Shown here piece by piece: positions 14,958-24,616 of a stretch of 64,000 nt of DNA. Every line of letters begins with the position of its first letter. Position 1 is the first letter of the stretch. The translations under genes were made by a program, and so were the position numbers. This DNA comes from an uncultured Actinomycetota bacterium (GTDB lineage Bacteria; Actinomycetota; Thermoleophilia; RBG-16-64-13): NCBI GenBank assembly GCA_963796315.1, contig CAWCLH010000020.1, positions 1,121,879-1,185,878 on the forward strand, written 5' to 3'. The notes under the pieces were generated by a model. The model saw only the letters and a program-made list of their open reading frames with translations, searched no databases and was not told the origin of the DNA.

Positions 14958-15192
14958 GGTGATTCACCTCCCTCGGACTCATGCGGCCCCGGCCTCGCTG
15001 CCGGAGCAGGGGTGAGCTATGAAGTTTTCCCGCACCGGAGTGGCGCGGACGAGGCAGTATACACGCGGGGGCACTCGGGCGCCAAGCAGCGGGCGAGGGC
15101 GCGCTCCATCCCCCACAGACCCCCCGAGCGACATCCTGTGCGTCTCCTCAGCTGGCCTTCTGCTCGAGCCGTGGTGATCGCCACGCACCCGC

Positions 15193-15584
15193 TCATCGAG
15201 CCAGGAGAGAGGCAGGCCCGAGCGGGGACGACCGCTCCCCCGCGCACCGTCGGTCGGTGCCCAGAATGTGATCCAACTGTCGCGCCAGGACCGGCAGATC
15301 GATCGTAGAGCGACCACGAAATCACCTCGTAGTCGACGTCGAAGTACCCATGGATCAGTCTGTCCCGGGTCCCTGCAATCTCGGCGCCAGGTATCTACGG
15401 GATACGGCGCATTCGGGCGAACATTCTTCGCGGCCTCCCCTACGACTTCCAGAAGCCTAACCGTGGCCAAGGCAGCGGTCTCATCGCGGAGCACGTCCAC
15501 GTACGACCTGTCGCGCCAAAGACCGAGGCACTTCTCGGCGGCCTCCAACATGTGGCGCATGCGAACTGCGTCAGGCTGCGTCAT
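15193..15584 (-). pseudogene. hepT: HepT (DUF86) toxin gene with at least 2 frameshifts
   Basis: MTQPDAVRMRHMLEAAEKCL...LLEVVGEAAKNV in one frame. EIAGTRDRLIHGYFDVDYEV (RxxxH-type motif) in a second. TIDLPVLARQLDHILG, ending at TGA 15193-15195, in a third. Confidence 0.65.
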
Positions 15585-15884
15585 AGAGAATCACGGCTTG
15601 GGTGGTGACCTCATCACGGAAATGCGGACTGAGAAACCCAGCCGTTTCCAAATCCACCTGTCGTCCTAGGAGTTCAGAAAGCTCGTCTTGGATGCGGAAG
15701 AACCCGAATCCGGGTACGTGGCCGGGCTCAAACTCTACCAGGATGTCGAGATCACTCTGGGGACCAAGTGAGAGCGGAGCGCCGAGCCAAACACTGCAAG
15801 GCGGCGGAGATGGTTGCGGCGGCAGTATTCCGCCAGGCGTTGAAGAATAATGTTCAATGGTAGATCGGGCACGGCTAGTTCCAT
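15571..15884 (-). pseudogene. mntA: MNT-type nucleotidyltransferase antitoxin with one frameshift (~15775)
   Basis: ATG 15884 gives MELAVPDLPLNIILQRLAEYCRRNHLRRLAVFGSALR. After the shift, GPQSDLDILVEFEPGHVPGFGFFRIQDELSELLGRQVDLET. The stop overlaps the hepT start by 14 nt. Confidence 0.65.
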
Positions 15885-16001
15885 TCTATAAGCGGACATC
15901 GACCCAAAAGCGATGCGCTGGTGAGACCTTCACGTCTCGAGGGGGTGCATGTGGGTACGATAGCGAGACGGAGGGACGGCACGCAACCGACCCGTCGCCC
16001 T

Positions 16002-16863
16002 CTAGCCCGCGTTGTGCTTCACGAACGTACCGGCGCGGTACTCGGCGAACGCCGTCTGCAACTCCTCCGCCGTGTTCATGACGATGGGACCGCCCCAGGC
16101 GATGGGCTCCCGCAGCGGCCGGCCGCTGACCAGCAGGAAGCGGGCACCGTCGGGACCCGCCCGGACCGCCACCTGGTCGCCGTCGGTAAAGAGCACGACC
16201 ACGCCCTCGTCGGCGCAGGTCTCGGCCTCGTCCGGACCGAAGCAGGCCTGCCCTTCGAACAGGAAGGCGAAGACCGTGTGCCCGAGGGTAGTCGGGTGCG
16301 TCCAGGCCGCGCCCGGCCGACGGTCACGTCCAGATACTCCGGGTCGATCACGATGCCGGTCACCGGCCCGACGGTCTCGCCGACGGCCCCGCAGATCACG
16401 CGCACAGTCGCCTCGCCGGTCTCCACCGCCGGGATGTCGGCCGCTTCGATCCCGCAGTAGCGCGGATCCATCATCTTGTCGGTCGCCGGCAGGTTCGCCC
16501 AGAGCTGGGACCCGCGTAGGCGTCCCGCCTGTTCCCCTCGGGCATCTCCTGGTGGATGATGCCGCTGCCGGCCGTCATCCACTGCACGTCGCCCGGGCCT
16601 ATGCGCCCCTCGTTGCCCATGGAGTCGCCATGTTCGACCTCACCCTCCAGGACGTAGGTGATGGTCTCGATGCCGCGGTGTGGATGCCAAGGAAAGCCGG
16701 CGAGATAGCGCGTCGGGTCGTCTCCGCCGAAGTCGTCGAGCATCAGGAACGGGTCGAACGCGTGCTCCTGACCGAAGCCGAAGGCTCGGAGGAGATGACA
16801 CCGGCTCCCTCGATCGTCCGGGCGCGACCTATGGACGGCAGCAACGGTGCGGGTCACGGGCAT
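16002..16863 (-). pseudogene. Pirin-family protein with several frameshifts
   Basis: ATG 16863 follows GGAGG. Motifs [20 protein letters not shown] and [18 protein letters not shown]. Frame changes at the C run 16534-16537, giving [17 protein letters not shown]. Another shift near 16310, then the C-terminal ORF 16002..16202. A possible compensated patch near 16750-16800 reads TIEGAGV in the alternative frame. Confidence 0.6.
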
Positions 16864-17004
16864 GGGTGTCCTCCGGAGGGGCGGGCGAGAGCTCGCGCAG
16901 GGGAGCTCTCGCCGGACGGTGTGGTGCACAAAGTGAAGCCGAACACAGAGTATAGCGGCCCCACCGGACACACCCCACGCAGCCCGCGCCGTGACTACCC
17001 GATA

Positions 17005-18063
17005 CTAGATGCTCCTTGCCTCTTCCGCAGGGGGTTGAGGCCGGCGGGGGCGGGTCAGCCGGTAGACGATCCAGGCTCCGGCCCCCAGGACGATCAGGAC
17101 CGGCAGCATCGAGCCCAGTCCAACAATCATGGTGTTGAGGGTGGAGACGAACCCGCGAAGTCCGTCTTCCAGCGCCTGCAGGAGTCCCCATCCCGCCGTC
17201 GCCGGGACGACCGCCGGCGCGCCGGCTTCGAAGAGGCTCAGGGAGAGCGTCGCGTAGGAGGTGTGCTCCTTGAGGTACTGCAGTTGTCCCTTGAGCTGCT
17301 CGATCTCCTGCTGCGTGCTCGAGAGCACCTGACGCACCTGGAGCACCTCGTTGACCGACTTGGCGCGGATCAGGAGGTCTTGCAGCGCCTGCTCCTGGGC
17401 TTCGGCGTTCTTGAGCCTCGCCTGCAGATCGACGTACTGGCCGGTCACGTCCTGGGAGTCCACCTGGCGGGACTTCACGTTACCCAGTGCGCCGGCGTCG
17501 CGCATGGCCTGCGAGAACGACACGACCGGCACACGGACCGTGATGGTGCCGGTGCGCGCGGCCTCCGCCTGGTCGCCGGCGGAAGACTGCGAGGACACCA
17601 CGTAGCCGTCGTAGCGGTCCGCGATCTGCAGTGCCTGATCATAAGCGTTCTGGAACTTGCCCTTGGCCACCTCGATCTGGAGGTTGGCGCTGCTGACGAT
17701 CTTGCGATCGATCCCCGCCAACGCGAGGTCGAGGCCGCCTCCCGTCGCCGTGCTCCCCGCGGTGGATGGCGCGCCCGCTTCGGCCGCCGCGGCGGTCGTC
17801 GCCGTCTGGCCGCTCCTGGATTGCTGCGCGAAACCACCTGCGGTCCCCTTGGGTGCCACGGGCATCAGGCTGTCCTGCCCGCGGGCGGTCGCCCCGACGG
17901 CCGTCGTCGCCGTCGCCGCGGCCGGGGACGTGGTCGTCGTCACCGATTCTTCCTGCATGCCGCCCTTGCCCACGATGTACGAAGCAACGAGAAGCACCGC
18001 CACCAGCGCCAGGCCGGTGACCGTCGCCCTCGTGCTTGCCAGCTGACGCATCCTGCTGATCAT
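17005..18063 (-). CDS. DUF4349 domain protein, membrane anchored
   Basis: ATG 18063 gives MISRMRQLASTRATVTGLALVAVLLV. Coiled-coil core DLQARLKNAEAQEQALQDLL...EIEQLKGQLQYLKEHTSYATLSLSL, with C-terminal TM helices. Confidence 0.7.
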   Translation of the reverse strand: MISRMRQLASTRATVTGLALVAVLLVASYIVGKGGMQEESVTTTTSPAAATATTAVGATARGQDSLMPVAPKGTAGGFAQQSRSGQTATTAAAAEAGAPSTAGSTATGGGLDLALAGIDRKIVSSANLQIEVAKGKFQNAYDQALQIADRYDGYVVSSQSSAGDQAEAARTGTITVRVPVVSFSQAMRDAGALGNVKSRQVDSQDVTGQYVDLQARLKNAEAQEQALQDLLIRAKSVNEVLQVRQVLSSTQQEIEQLKGQLQYLKEHTSYATLSLSLFEAGAPAVVPATAGWGLLQALEDGLRGFVSTLNTMIVGLGSMLPVLIVLGAGAWIVYRLTRPRRPQPPAEEARSI

Positions 18064-18263
18064 GGCGTCCCTCCCAGGTCCGTTGTGCGGCTGCCGCAGC
18101 CGCCCGGGAGCGCCGTCCTGATGGCGGGGCCCCCTCATGCTCCTAGGACGCCCGCTCCGCATCCAGGGTTCCGGGGAACCGCTTTTGCCGGTTCCGGATC
18201 GCCGGGGGCGGACTCACCCCGGCGTGAGCTGAAGGGAAGGGCGAAGGAGAAGAGGGCGGTCTC

Positions 18264-19492
18264 TCAGCCCAGAGGGGCCGGACCCAGCTCGTTGGCGAGC
18301 TCGTCGAGGAAGAGACCCACGTCCGTGACGATGCCGATGGTCTGGATGCTGCCCCGGTCGGTGAGCTTGGTGACCACCGCCGGGTTGATGTCCACGCAGA
18401 CGGTGTGCACCGAGGCGGGAAGCAGATTGCCGGTGGCGATGGAGTGGAGCATGGTGGAGAGCATCAGGCAGAGACCCGCGTCGGCGACCAGCTCGCCGCA
18501 TCTGCTGCTGGGCCACCATGACGTCGGTCACGACCTCGGGAAGGGGTCCGTCGTCGCGGATGGAGCCGGCGAGCAGGAACGGGATACCCGCCCGGACGAC
18601 CTCGTAGAAGATGCCGGAGGTCAGCACGCCCGTCTCGACCGCCTGCCGGATGCCACCGGCCGCCCGGACGCGGTTGATGCGCGCAGATGATGCTCGTGGC
18701 CGCCGTGCACCGGCAGCCCTTGGGCCAGGTCGACCCCCAGCGACGTGCCGAACAGGGCGGACTCGATGTCGTGCGCGGCGATGGCGTTGCCGCCGAACAA
18801 GACGTCGATCCAGCCCTTTCGGACCAGGCGGGCGAGGGCCGGCGCGGCGCCGGTGTGCACCACCGCCGGTCCCACCACCGCGACGATGGTCTTCCCGGCC
18901 GCCCGCGTCTCCTGGGCCAGCCGGGTGACCTCGGCCAGCACCAGCGCCTTGGGTCTCTCCGAGGAGACGGGGGAGCTCATGAACTCGAAGAAGGCCCCGG
19001 TGCGCGGGCGGGCCGGCGGTACCACGCGGATGCCCTCGCGGCCCACCACCACCTGCTCGCCCCGGCGCACCTGGATCAGGGGCACCGTCCGCGCCCGAGG
19101 AGCGGCGGGATCGACCACGACCCGCAGTCCATCTCGGTGCCCGCCACCTCCACCCACCTACCGTCCAGGCGGACGAAGGTCTCCAGGTTGGTGGTGGAAT
19201 AGAAGGCCTCGGGGAACACGCCGTCGGCAGGCGCCGGCTCGTACCGGGCGTCCCCGGGGACGACGGCGGTCGCACCGTGGCGTTGGATGCGCTCGAGCAG
19301 GGCCTCCAGGTGGGGACCGTCCCGCCCCTCCACCCGAAGGATGGCGGTGGACACGTCCTGGCGTTCGTGGCCCACGGTGATATCCAGGATGTGGTACTCG
19401 CCGTCCAGCGCGAGGATATCGTCCAGCACCAGGGGCAGCATCAAGGAGTCGATGATGTGCCCGTCCAGCCGGACGTCCTCGTAGACGCTCAC
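18264..19492 (-). pseudogene. TIGR00300 / LOR-SDH-type protein (ornithine cyclodeaminase-like) split over four frames
   Basis: GTG 19492 gives MSVYEDVRLDGHIIDSLMLPLVLDDI... Then VVGREGIRV...VVGPAVVHTGAAPALARLVRKGWIDVLFGGNA, then INRVRAAGGIRQAVETGVLTSGIFYE..AGSIRDDGPLPEV, then [12 protein letters not shown]...[13 protein letters not shown]. Breaks are near 19110, 18690 and 18475. Confidence 0.55.
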
Positions 19493-19494
19493 CC

Positions 19495-20273
19495 CTACTC
19501 GGTCCCCATCCGGTCGCGCAGCGCGCTCACCACCGTGCGGACCGCCTGCACGTAGTCCTCGGCCCGCTCGAACGGCGGCGCCTCGTCCAGGTCGGCCTGC
19601 CGGACCGCGCGGCTGTAGGGAGGCTGCCGATGATCTCGTACCCCTCGAGCATGCCGGTCACCTGCTCGCGCTCGCTCTCGTCCACCTTGTTCAGCACCAC
19701 GTACACCCGGCGGATGCCGATGTCGTCCGCCAGCTTGCGGATGGAGGCCGCCGTCCGCGCGCTGCGGGCTCCCGGCTCCACCACGACGACCATGGCGTCC
19801 ACGCCCTCGGCCGTACCCCGGCCCAGGTGCTCGATGCCCGCCTCCATGTCCAGGATCACGGCCTCCTTGCGGCGCAGGAGCAGGTGACGGATCAGGGAGC
19901 GGAGCAACACGCTCTCCGGGCAGACGCAGCCGCCTTTGCCCTCCTTCACGGTGCCCATCACCATGAGGCGGATGCCGTCCAGGCGGTAGCTCAGCTCGTC
20001 GGGGATGTCGTCCACGCGCGGGTTGATCTTGAAGAAGCCGCCCATCGTGCCCGGCTGCGCGCCGGTACGCTCCGCGATCAGCTCCTGCATGTCGGCGATG
20101 GGCACGATCGACGCGGCCACGTCGGGAGGCAGGCCGAGCGCGCTGGCGAGGTTGGCGTCAGGGTCGGCGTCGACCGCGAGTACCTGGAAGCCCTCGGCGG
20201 CCAGGATGCGGGCCATCGTGCCCGCCAATGTGGTCTTGCCGACCCCGCCCTTGCCCGTCACCGCGATCTTCAC
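19495..20273 (-). CDS. cooC: CooC/MinD-family P-loop ATPase (metallocentre maturation type), frameshift at the G run 19618-19620
   Basis: MKIAVTGKGGVGKTTLAGTMARILAAEG, VLAVDADPDANL. After EIIGSLP the alternative frame reads YSRAVRQADLDEAPPFERAEDYVQAV and stops at TAG 19495-19497, 2 nt before the next gene. Confidence 0.7.
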
Positions 20274-20394
20274 GCCGCCTCCCTTGCTGAGTCTGCCACA
20301 TCAGGATGGTAGCACCGCCGTCGGCGAGGCCGTCGCCGGCGCCGTCGCCGCCCGGGCGTTGGCGGGCGGAGCAGGGCACCCGCGATGCGACCGG

Positions 20395-20937
20395 TCAGGC
20401 GAGGAGACGGGCCGGCACGCCTCCCACCACGGCCCCCGGAGGGACGTCGCGGTTGACCAGGCTGTGCGCCGACACGGTGGCTCCGTCGCCGATGACCACC
20501 CCGGGAAGGATGGTGCACGACGCGCCGATGACCACGTCGCGCCCGACCACCACCGGGCCGGTGCGCAACTCGTCGCGCAGGAACTCATGGGCCAGGATGA
20601 CGGAGTTGTAGCCCAGGATGGCGTTCTCCCCGATGGTGATCAGCTCGGGGAAGAAGATGTCCAGCGTGGCGCTCAGACCGGCCGACGCGTGCGGACCCAC
20701 GCGCACCCCGATGGATCGGTAGAGCGCGTTCTTCCAGCGCAGCGAGGGCAGATAGCGGCAGAGGTAGATGACGAGGAAGTTGCGCACCACGCGCCACAGG
20801 GGCACGTGCCGGCGCCAGAGCCAGAGCGAGTTGACCGGCCCGGAGGGGTAGCTGGTCAGACGGTCCTGCCGTCGGCCCGGCTGCTCGTCGAGCGCTTCCT
20901 GTCCACCGGGGTCCCGCGGCCCCGGTTCGTGTTCCAC
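20395..20937 (-). CDS. Hexapeptide-repeat (left-handed beta-helix) acyltransferase
   Basis: 180 aa with ITIGENAILGYNSVILAHE and VVVGRDVVIGASCTILPGVVIGDGATVSAHSLV. Confidence 0.65.
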   Translation of the reverse strand: MEHEPGPRDPGGQEALDEQPGRRQDRLTSYPSGPVNSLWLWRRHVPLWRVVRNFLVIYLCRYLPSLRWKNALYRSIGVRVGPHASAGLSATLDIFFPELITIGENAILGYNSVILAHEFLRDELRTGPVVVGRDVVIGASCTILPGVVIGDGATVSAHSLVNRDVPPGAVVGGVPARLLA

Positions 20938-20952
20938 CGTCGCGCGCCCGAG

Positions 20953-21813
20953 CTAGCCGGCCGGGTCGACCAGCTCGGGGAAGGTGAAGGCGGTGAGCCG
21001 GGACCGCCTGACCAGGCCCACCAGCCCCAGCGACAGGCGCTCCGCGTGGTCGATGGCCAACGTGGTGGCGACGCTCTTCGAGACCAGCAACGGGATGGGC
21101 GTCTTCGCCACCTTGCTGACCATCTCGGAGGAGACGCGCCCGGTGACCACCATGAAGAGGTCGCTCAACGGAGTGCCCGCCAGCAGCAGGCGGCCCACCA
21201 CCTTGTCGACGGCGTTGTGGCGGCCGATGTCCTCGCCGATGGCCACCAAGCGGCCGCTCCGATCGAACAGGCCGGCGGCGTGGGTGCCCCTGGTCCGCCG
21301 GTAGAGCGGGCCCTCCGAGTAGGTCACCCGGGCGGCTTCGAAGATCGCGGAGGCCCCGATCCACGGCAGGTCCTGGGGCAGGGCGCGCCAGGGGGCGGCG
21401 AACGCGTCCAGGGCGTTCGAGAAACCCATCCCCCGGCCGCAGCCGGAACTTAGGACGCGACGCTCGAAAAGCCGGCGCCCCAGCTCGACCCCCGGCGCTT
21501 CCACCCGGACGCCGGACGCCTCCTCCTCGACCGAGACCACCTGATCCACGCGATCGACGATGCCCTCGTCGTAGAGGAAGCCGACCGCAAGCTCGACGCG
21601 CTGACCGGGACTGGCCAGGAGCGTCACCAACTCCTGATCGTTCAGGACCAGCGTGATCGGGTCCTCCCGGGGCAGAGAAAGGCTGTCCTCGCGGACTCCA
21701 TCCTCGCCGATAAGCAGCACGGGGCACTGTGCGTCTTCAGCGGCGTCCGCGGACGAGAGCCGCGAGACGGCGGGCCGGCGGGCGAGATCGTCTGGCCGTA
21801 GCTGGGGTTCCAC
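20953..21813 (-). CDS. fdhD: Formate dehydrogenase accessory sulfurtransferase FdhD
   Basis: 286 aa with SSGCGRGMG, HAAGLFD and IGEDIGRHNAVDKVVG..VTGRVSSEMVSKVA. Confidence 0.85.
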   Translation of the reverse strand: MEPQLRPDDLARRPAVSRLSSADAAEDAQCPVLLIGEDGVREDSLSLPREDPITLVLNDQELVTLLASPGQRVELAVGFLYDEGIVDRVDQVVSVEEEASGVRVEAPGVELGRRLFERRVLSSGCGRGMGFSNALDAFAAPWRALPQDLPWIGASAIFEAARVTYSEGPLYRRTRGTHAAGLFDRSGRLVAIGEDIGRHNAVDKVVGRLLLAGTPLSDLFMVVTGRVSSEMVSKVAKTPIPLLVSKSVATTLAIDHAERLSLGLVGLVRRSRLTAFTFPELVDPAG

Positions 21814-21902
21814 GGGCCTCCCGACAACAGAGAAAGGGCGGGACCAGGCCCGCCCAGAATACGACTACACTCCCACGAGGCGAGAACGCCGACCGGAGGC
21901 GG

Positions 21903-22028
21903 TCAGGCCTTGGGCGTCCCGCAGTGGGGCTTGGGCTGATTGACGGGTTCGGTCAAATCCGCGCCGCAATGCGGGCAGATGGTCGCATCGTCGTCGACTT
22001 CTTTGCGGCAGCTTATGCACTTGGCCAT
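21903..22028 (-). CDS. Small zinc-ribbon protein (41 aa)
   Basis: ATG 22028 gives MAKCISCRKEVDDDATICPHCGADLTEPVNQPKPHCGTPKA. Below the ORF-track size cutoff; found by hand translation. Confidence 0.5.
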   Translation of the reverse strand: MAKCISCRKEVDDDATICPHCGADLTEPVNQPKPHCGTPKA

Positions 22029-22098
22029 GGGTGCCCTCCCGTCGTGGTGTGCTCGCACCAGTATACCTCCAGGGCTGCGTCGCAGCGGAAAGCGCCGC

Positions 22099-22824
22099 TC
22101 AGAAGTCGAAGAACCGATAGCGCGCCAGGTGGGAGGAGAGCCAGGTGAACTGACCGGTCACCATCAGGAGACCGTAGAGGATCAGCAGCGCGCCGGAGAC
22201 GATCCGGATGGCGGTGAAATGCCGCTTGACCCAGCCGAAGGCGCCCATCGCCCGGGTGAAGAAGAGGCCGGAGAGCAGGAAGGGCACGCCTAATCCCAGG
22301 GAATAGGTCAGCAGCAGCAACGCACCGGTCCCGGGATTCCGGCCCGACGCGGCCACCGTGAGGATGGACGCAAGGATCGGCCCGACGCAGGGCGTCCAGC
22401 CGATGGCGAAGGCCAGACCGGCCCCGAACGCACCCACCAGACCTCGAGGGGCACGAAAGGGGAGGGCCCGCCGCTCCCGCTCGAGCACGTTCAGGTGGAC
22501 CACCCCGGTGATCGCCACTCCAAAGAGGATCAGCAGGAGGCCGCCGATGACCTGGAGCGTCCGGCGGTTCTGAAGCACGGCGCCGCCCAGGAACGCCGCT
22601 CCCGCCCCCGCGATGGTGAACATCAGTGAGAACCCGGCGACGAAGGCCAGCGTGGCCAGCATCACCCGCCGGTTCCGCTCCTGCAGGTCACCTACCGAGA
22701 CCCCGGAGACGAAGCTGAGATAGCCGGGGAGCAACGGGAGGACGCAGGGGCTGAGGAAGCTGGCCGCCCCCGCGACGAGCGCGAGGGCAAGGGAAGCCAG
22801 CGAGAGCTCCGGAGAGAGGGTCAC
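22099..22824 (-). CDS. ccdA: Cytochrome c biogenesis thiol-reductant transporter CcdA (DsbD family)
   Basis: 241 aa, polytopic, with FLSPCVLPLLPGY and WTPCVGPILASIL motifs. Confidence 0.9.
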   Translation of the reverse strand: MTLSPELSLASLALALVAGAASFLSPCVLPLLPGYLSFVSGVSVGDLQERNRRVMLATLAFVAGFSLMFTIAGAGAAFLGGAVLQNRRTLQVIGGLLLILFGVAITGVVHLNVLERERRALPFRAPRGLVGAFGAGLAFAIGWTPCVGPILASILTVAASGRNPGTGALLLLTYSLGLGVPFLLSGLFFTRAMGAFGWVKRHFTAIRIVSGALLILYGLLMVTGQFTWLSSHLARYRFFDF

Positions 22825-22839
22825 GTTGTGGGGGCTCGG

Positions 22840-23340
22840 CTAGCGGAGGCCGCTGACGGCGGCGGCCAACTCGGCGGCGGTGGTCGCCCCCACCTTGGTC
22901 TGGGCGATCTTGCCGCCCTTGTCGATGATGATGGCCGTCGGCACTCCCGAGACGCTGTAGTTGCCGGCGATGCCACCGTCCGGGTCGATCAGGACCGGCA
23001 GATCGGTTGCGCCGGACTCCTTCAACAAGGCCTCGACGTTGGAGCGTTGATCCTGGAGCGCCACGAGGAGCATGCCGCTGTCTTGCTGGTGTTCTCGGTA
23101 GAACCTACCGAGTTCCGGGGTCTCGTCCCGGCAGGTGGGTCACCAGGAGGCCCAGAAGACCAGCACGAGGGGCTTGCCCTTGTAGGAGTCCAGGGAGACC
23201 TGCTGGCCGCCCATGGTCATGCCGCTGAAGGCGGCAGCGGACCCCCCCGACGACCCGTTCGCGGTGCCACAGCCGGTGACCGCGACCAGGACGAACAGGA
23301 GGACCAGCAGGACCGCGAGAGCCGGGACAACCCGTTTCAT
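22840..23340 (-). CDS. TlpA/ResA-like thioredoxin-fold lipoprotein with in-frame TGA (23140-23142) in the active site: W-U-P-T-C
   Basis: Two listed ORFs (23140..23340 and 22840..23073) share one frame. Hand translation across the TGA gives ...KPLVLVFWASW-TGA-PTCRDETPELGRFYREHQQDSGMLLVAL..GVPTAIIIDKGG. Lipobox LVAVTGC. 15 nt upstream of ccdA. Confidence 0.8.
23115..23131 (-). promoter_or_regulatory. Candidate SECIS-like hairpin downstream of the UGA in the first TlpA-like gene
   Basis: mRNA CCGGG-ACGAGAC-CCCGG: 5-bp stem with a 7-nt loop, starting 8 nt after the UGA. Confidence 0.4.
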
Positions 23341-23432
23341 CAGACCTCTCTTGTCGGAGAACTGCCTCTACGGCCGACGGTCTCCGTGTGGAAGCGACCC
23401 TCGACGGCAGCCATTGTAGCCCATCGGTCCAT

Positions 23433-23448
23433 ATACCGCCAGGGGTAT
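23433..23448. promoter_or_regulatory. CsoR-operator-like box ATACCGCCAGGGGTAT
   Basis: ATACC-N6-GGTAT pseudo-palindrome in the 280-bp divergent intergenic region between the Sec-TlpA/ccdA operon (start 23340) and asp23 (23620). Confidence 0.4.
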
Positions 23449-23619
23449 GCTCTACGTTCTTCGACCACCCATGTGACCTCCTGCCTGCACCGTTCTTGGA
23501 CCAGATCGGAGGTATCGAGGCACGACGAACCGGGTAGGCTCGAATGGACGGATCGTGCTCGATCGAGGACGACGTCCGGATCGGCCACGGCATAGGTCGC
23601 AACGTGGGAGGAGAGACAG

Positions 23620-24060
23620 ATGGCAGATGCGGTTCCCAGTGCTGAGGATCGTCCGGCCCCCAGCGGCATGCAACCAGGTTTCGTTCTCGAGACCGACCGA
23701 GGGATCACCACCGTGGCGGACGAGGTGGTGGCGAAGATGGCCGCGATCGCCGCGCGCGAGGTGGAGGGAGTACACGGGCTCGGCTCTTCGTTCCGCCGCC
23801 TCGTCAGCCGGGTCACACCGGGCAGTTCCCTCACGCAAGGCGTGAACGTCGAGGTCGGCACGAAGGAGGCCGCCATCGACATGGTCATCGTCATGGACTA
23901 CGGCTACCCGATCCCCAGCGTGGCCCAAAAGCTTCGCGACAACGTCATCAAGACGGTGGAGACCGGGACCGGCCTTTCGGTGAAGGAGGTCAACATCGAG
24001 GTCGCGGATCTCTTCCTACCGTCCGAGGAGGCGGCCCCCGCAACCACCCGCGTCGAGTGA
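23620..24060 (+). CDS. Asp23/Gls24-family stress protein
   Basis: 146 aa with ITTVADEVVAKMAAIAAREVEGVHGL and GLSVKEVNIEVADL. Confidence 0.85.
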   Translation: MADAVPSAEDRPAPSGMQPGFVLETDRGITTVADEVVAKMAAIAAREVEGVHGLGSSFRRLVSRVTPGSSLTQGVNVEVGTKEAAIDMVIVMDYGYPIPSVAQKLRDNVIKTVETGTGLSVKEVNIEVADLFLPSEEAAPATTRVE

Positions 24061-24064
24061 CCCG

Positions 24065-24616
24065 ATGATCGACGCGCCCGTCCTCCGCGTGGTGCTCCTG
24101 CGCTGCTTCGGCTTGGCGACGGGCCTTGCGCTTGCGCTGGTGGCCATCGGTCTCGTGGCGTACGGCGTCGACCGACCGCCGGTCTGGTTGACGAACGGGC
24201 TGGCCTCCTTCGCGAGGTGGGTGTCCCTGGGTACGGTCCCCGGGGTGGCCGTGCTCGCCGGCGCCGGTTTGGTGGGATTGGCGGTCGTCACGGGTCTGGT
24301 GATGCTGCCCCACCGACCGGCCGGTCTCCACCGCCTTGAGAGGAGCCAGGCCGGAACGACGTGGGTCGACATCTCGTCGGTGGCCCGCACGCTCGAGCGG
24401 TCATTGCGGGACGAGGTCGACGGAACCATAGGTGTCCGCGCTCGAAAGGACCGCCTCGAGATCGTCAGCCCGGCGCGGCCGGAGGCACCGTTCGCGATCG
24501 CCGACCTGGTCGGCGAGGCGGCCGACCGGGAGCTCGGGGCACTGGGACTCTCCAACGTGGAGTACGGCCTCGCTCTCGGCTCTGAGAGGCAGCGGCAGCA
24601 ACCGAGGGTGCAGTGA
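24065..24616 (+). CDS. Membrane protein of the Asp23 cluster (uncharacterised)
   Basis: 183-aa ORF with two N-terminal TM helices. Contiguous with asp23 and overlaps the next ORF by 4 nt. Confidence 0.55.
   Translation: MIDAPVLRVVLLRCFGLATGLALALVAIGLVAYGVDRPPVWLTNGLASFARWVSLGTVPGVAVLAGAGLVGLAVVTGLVMLPHRPAGLHRLERSQAGTTWVDISSVARTLERSLRDEVDGTIGVRARKDRLEIVSPARPEAPFAIADLVGEAADRELGALGLSNVEYGLALGSERQRQQPRVQ

Noticed and set aside
16012-18690. 892-aa plus-strand ORF. Similar long ORFs occur at 1599..3503 (+), 11345..12826 (+), 6771..8177 (+) and 9353..10861 (+).
   Set aside because: These are Arg/Gly/Pro/Ala-rich, low-complexity translations lying antisense to well-supported minus-strand genes (pirin, DUF4349, purB, dnaB, pabB). 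They are typical high-GC shadow ORFs.
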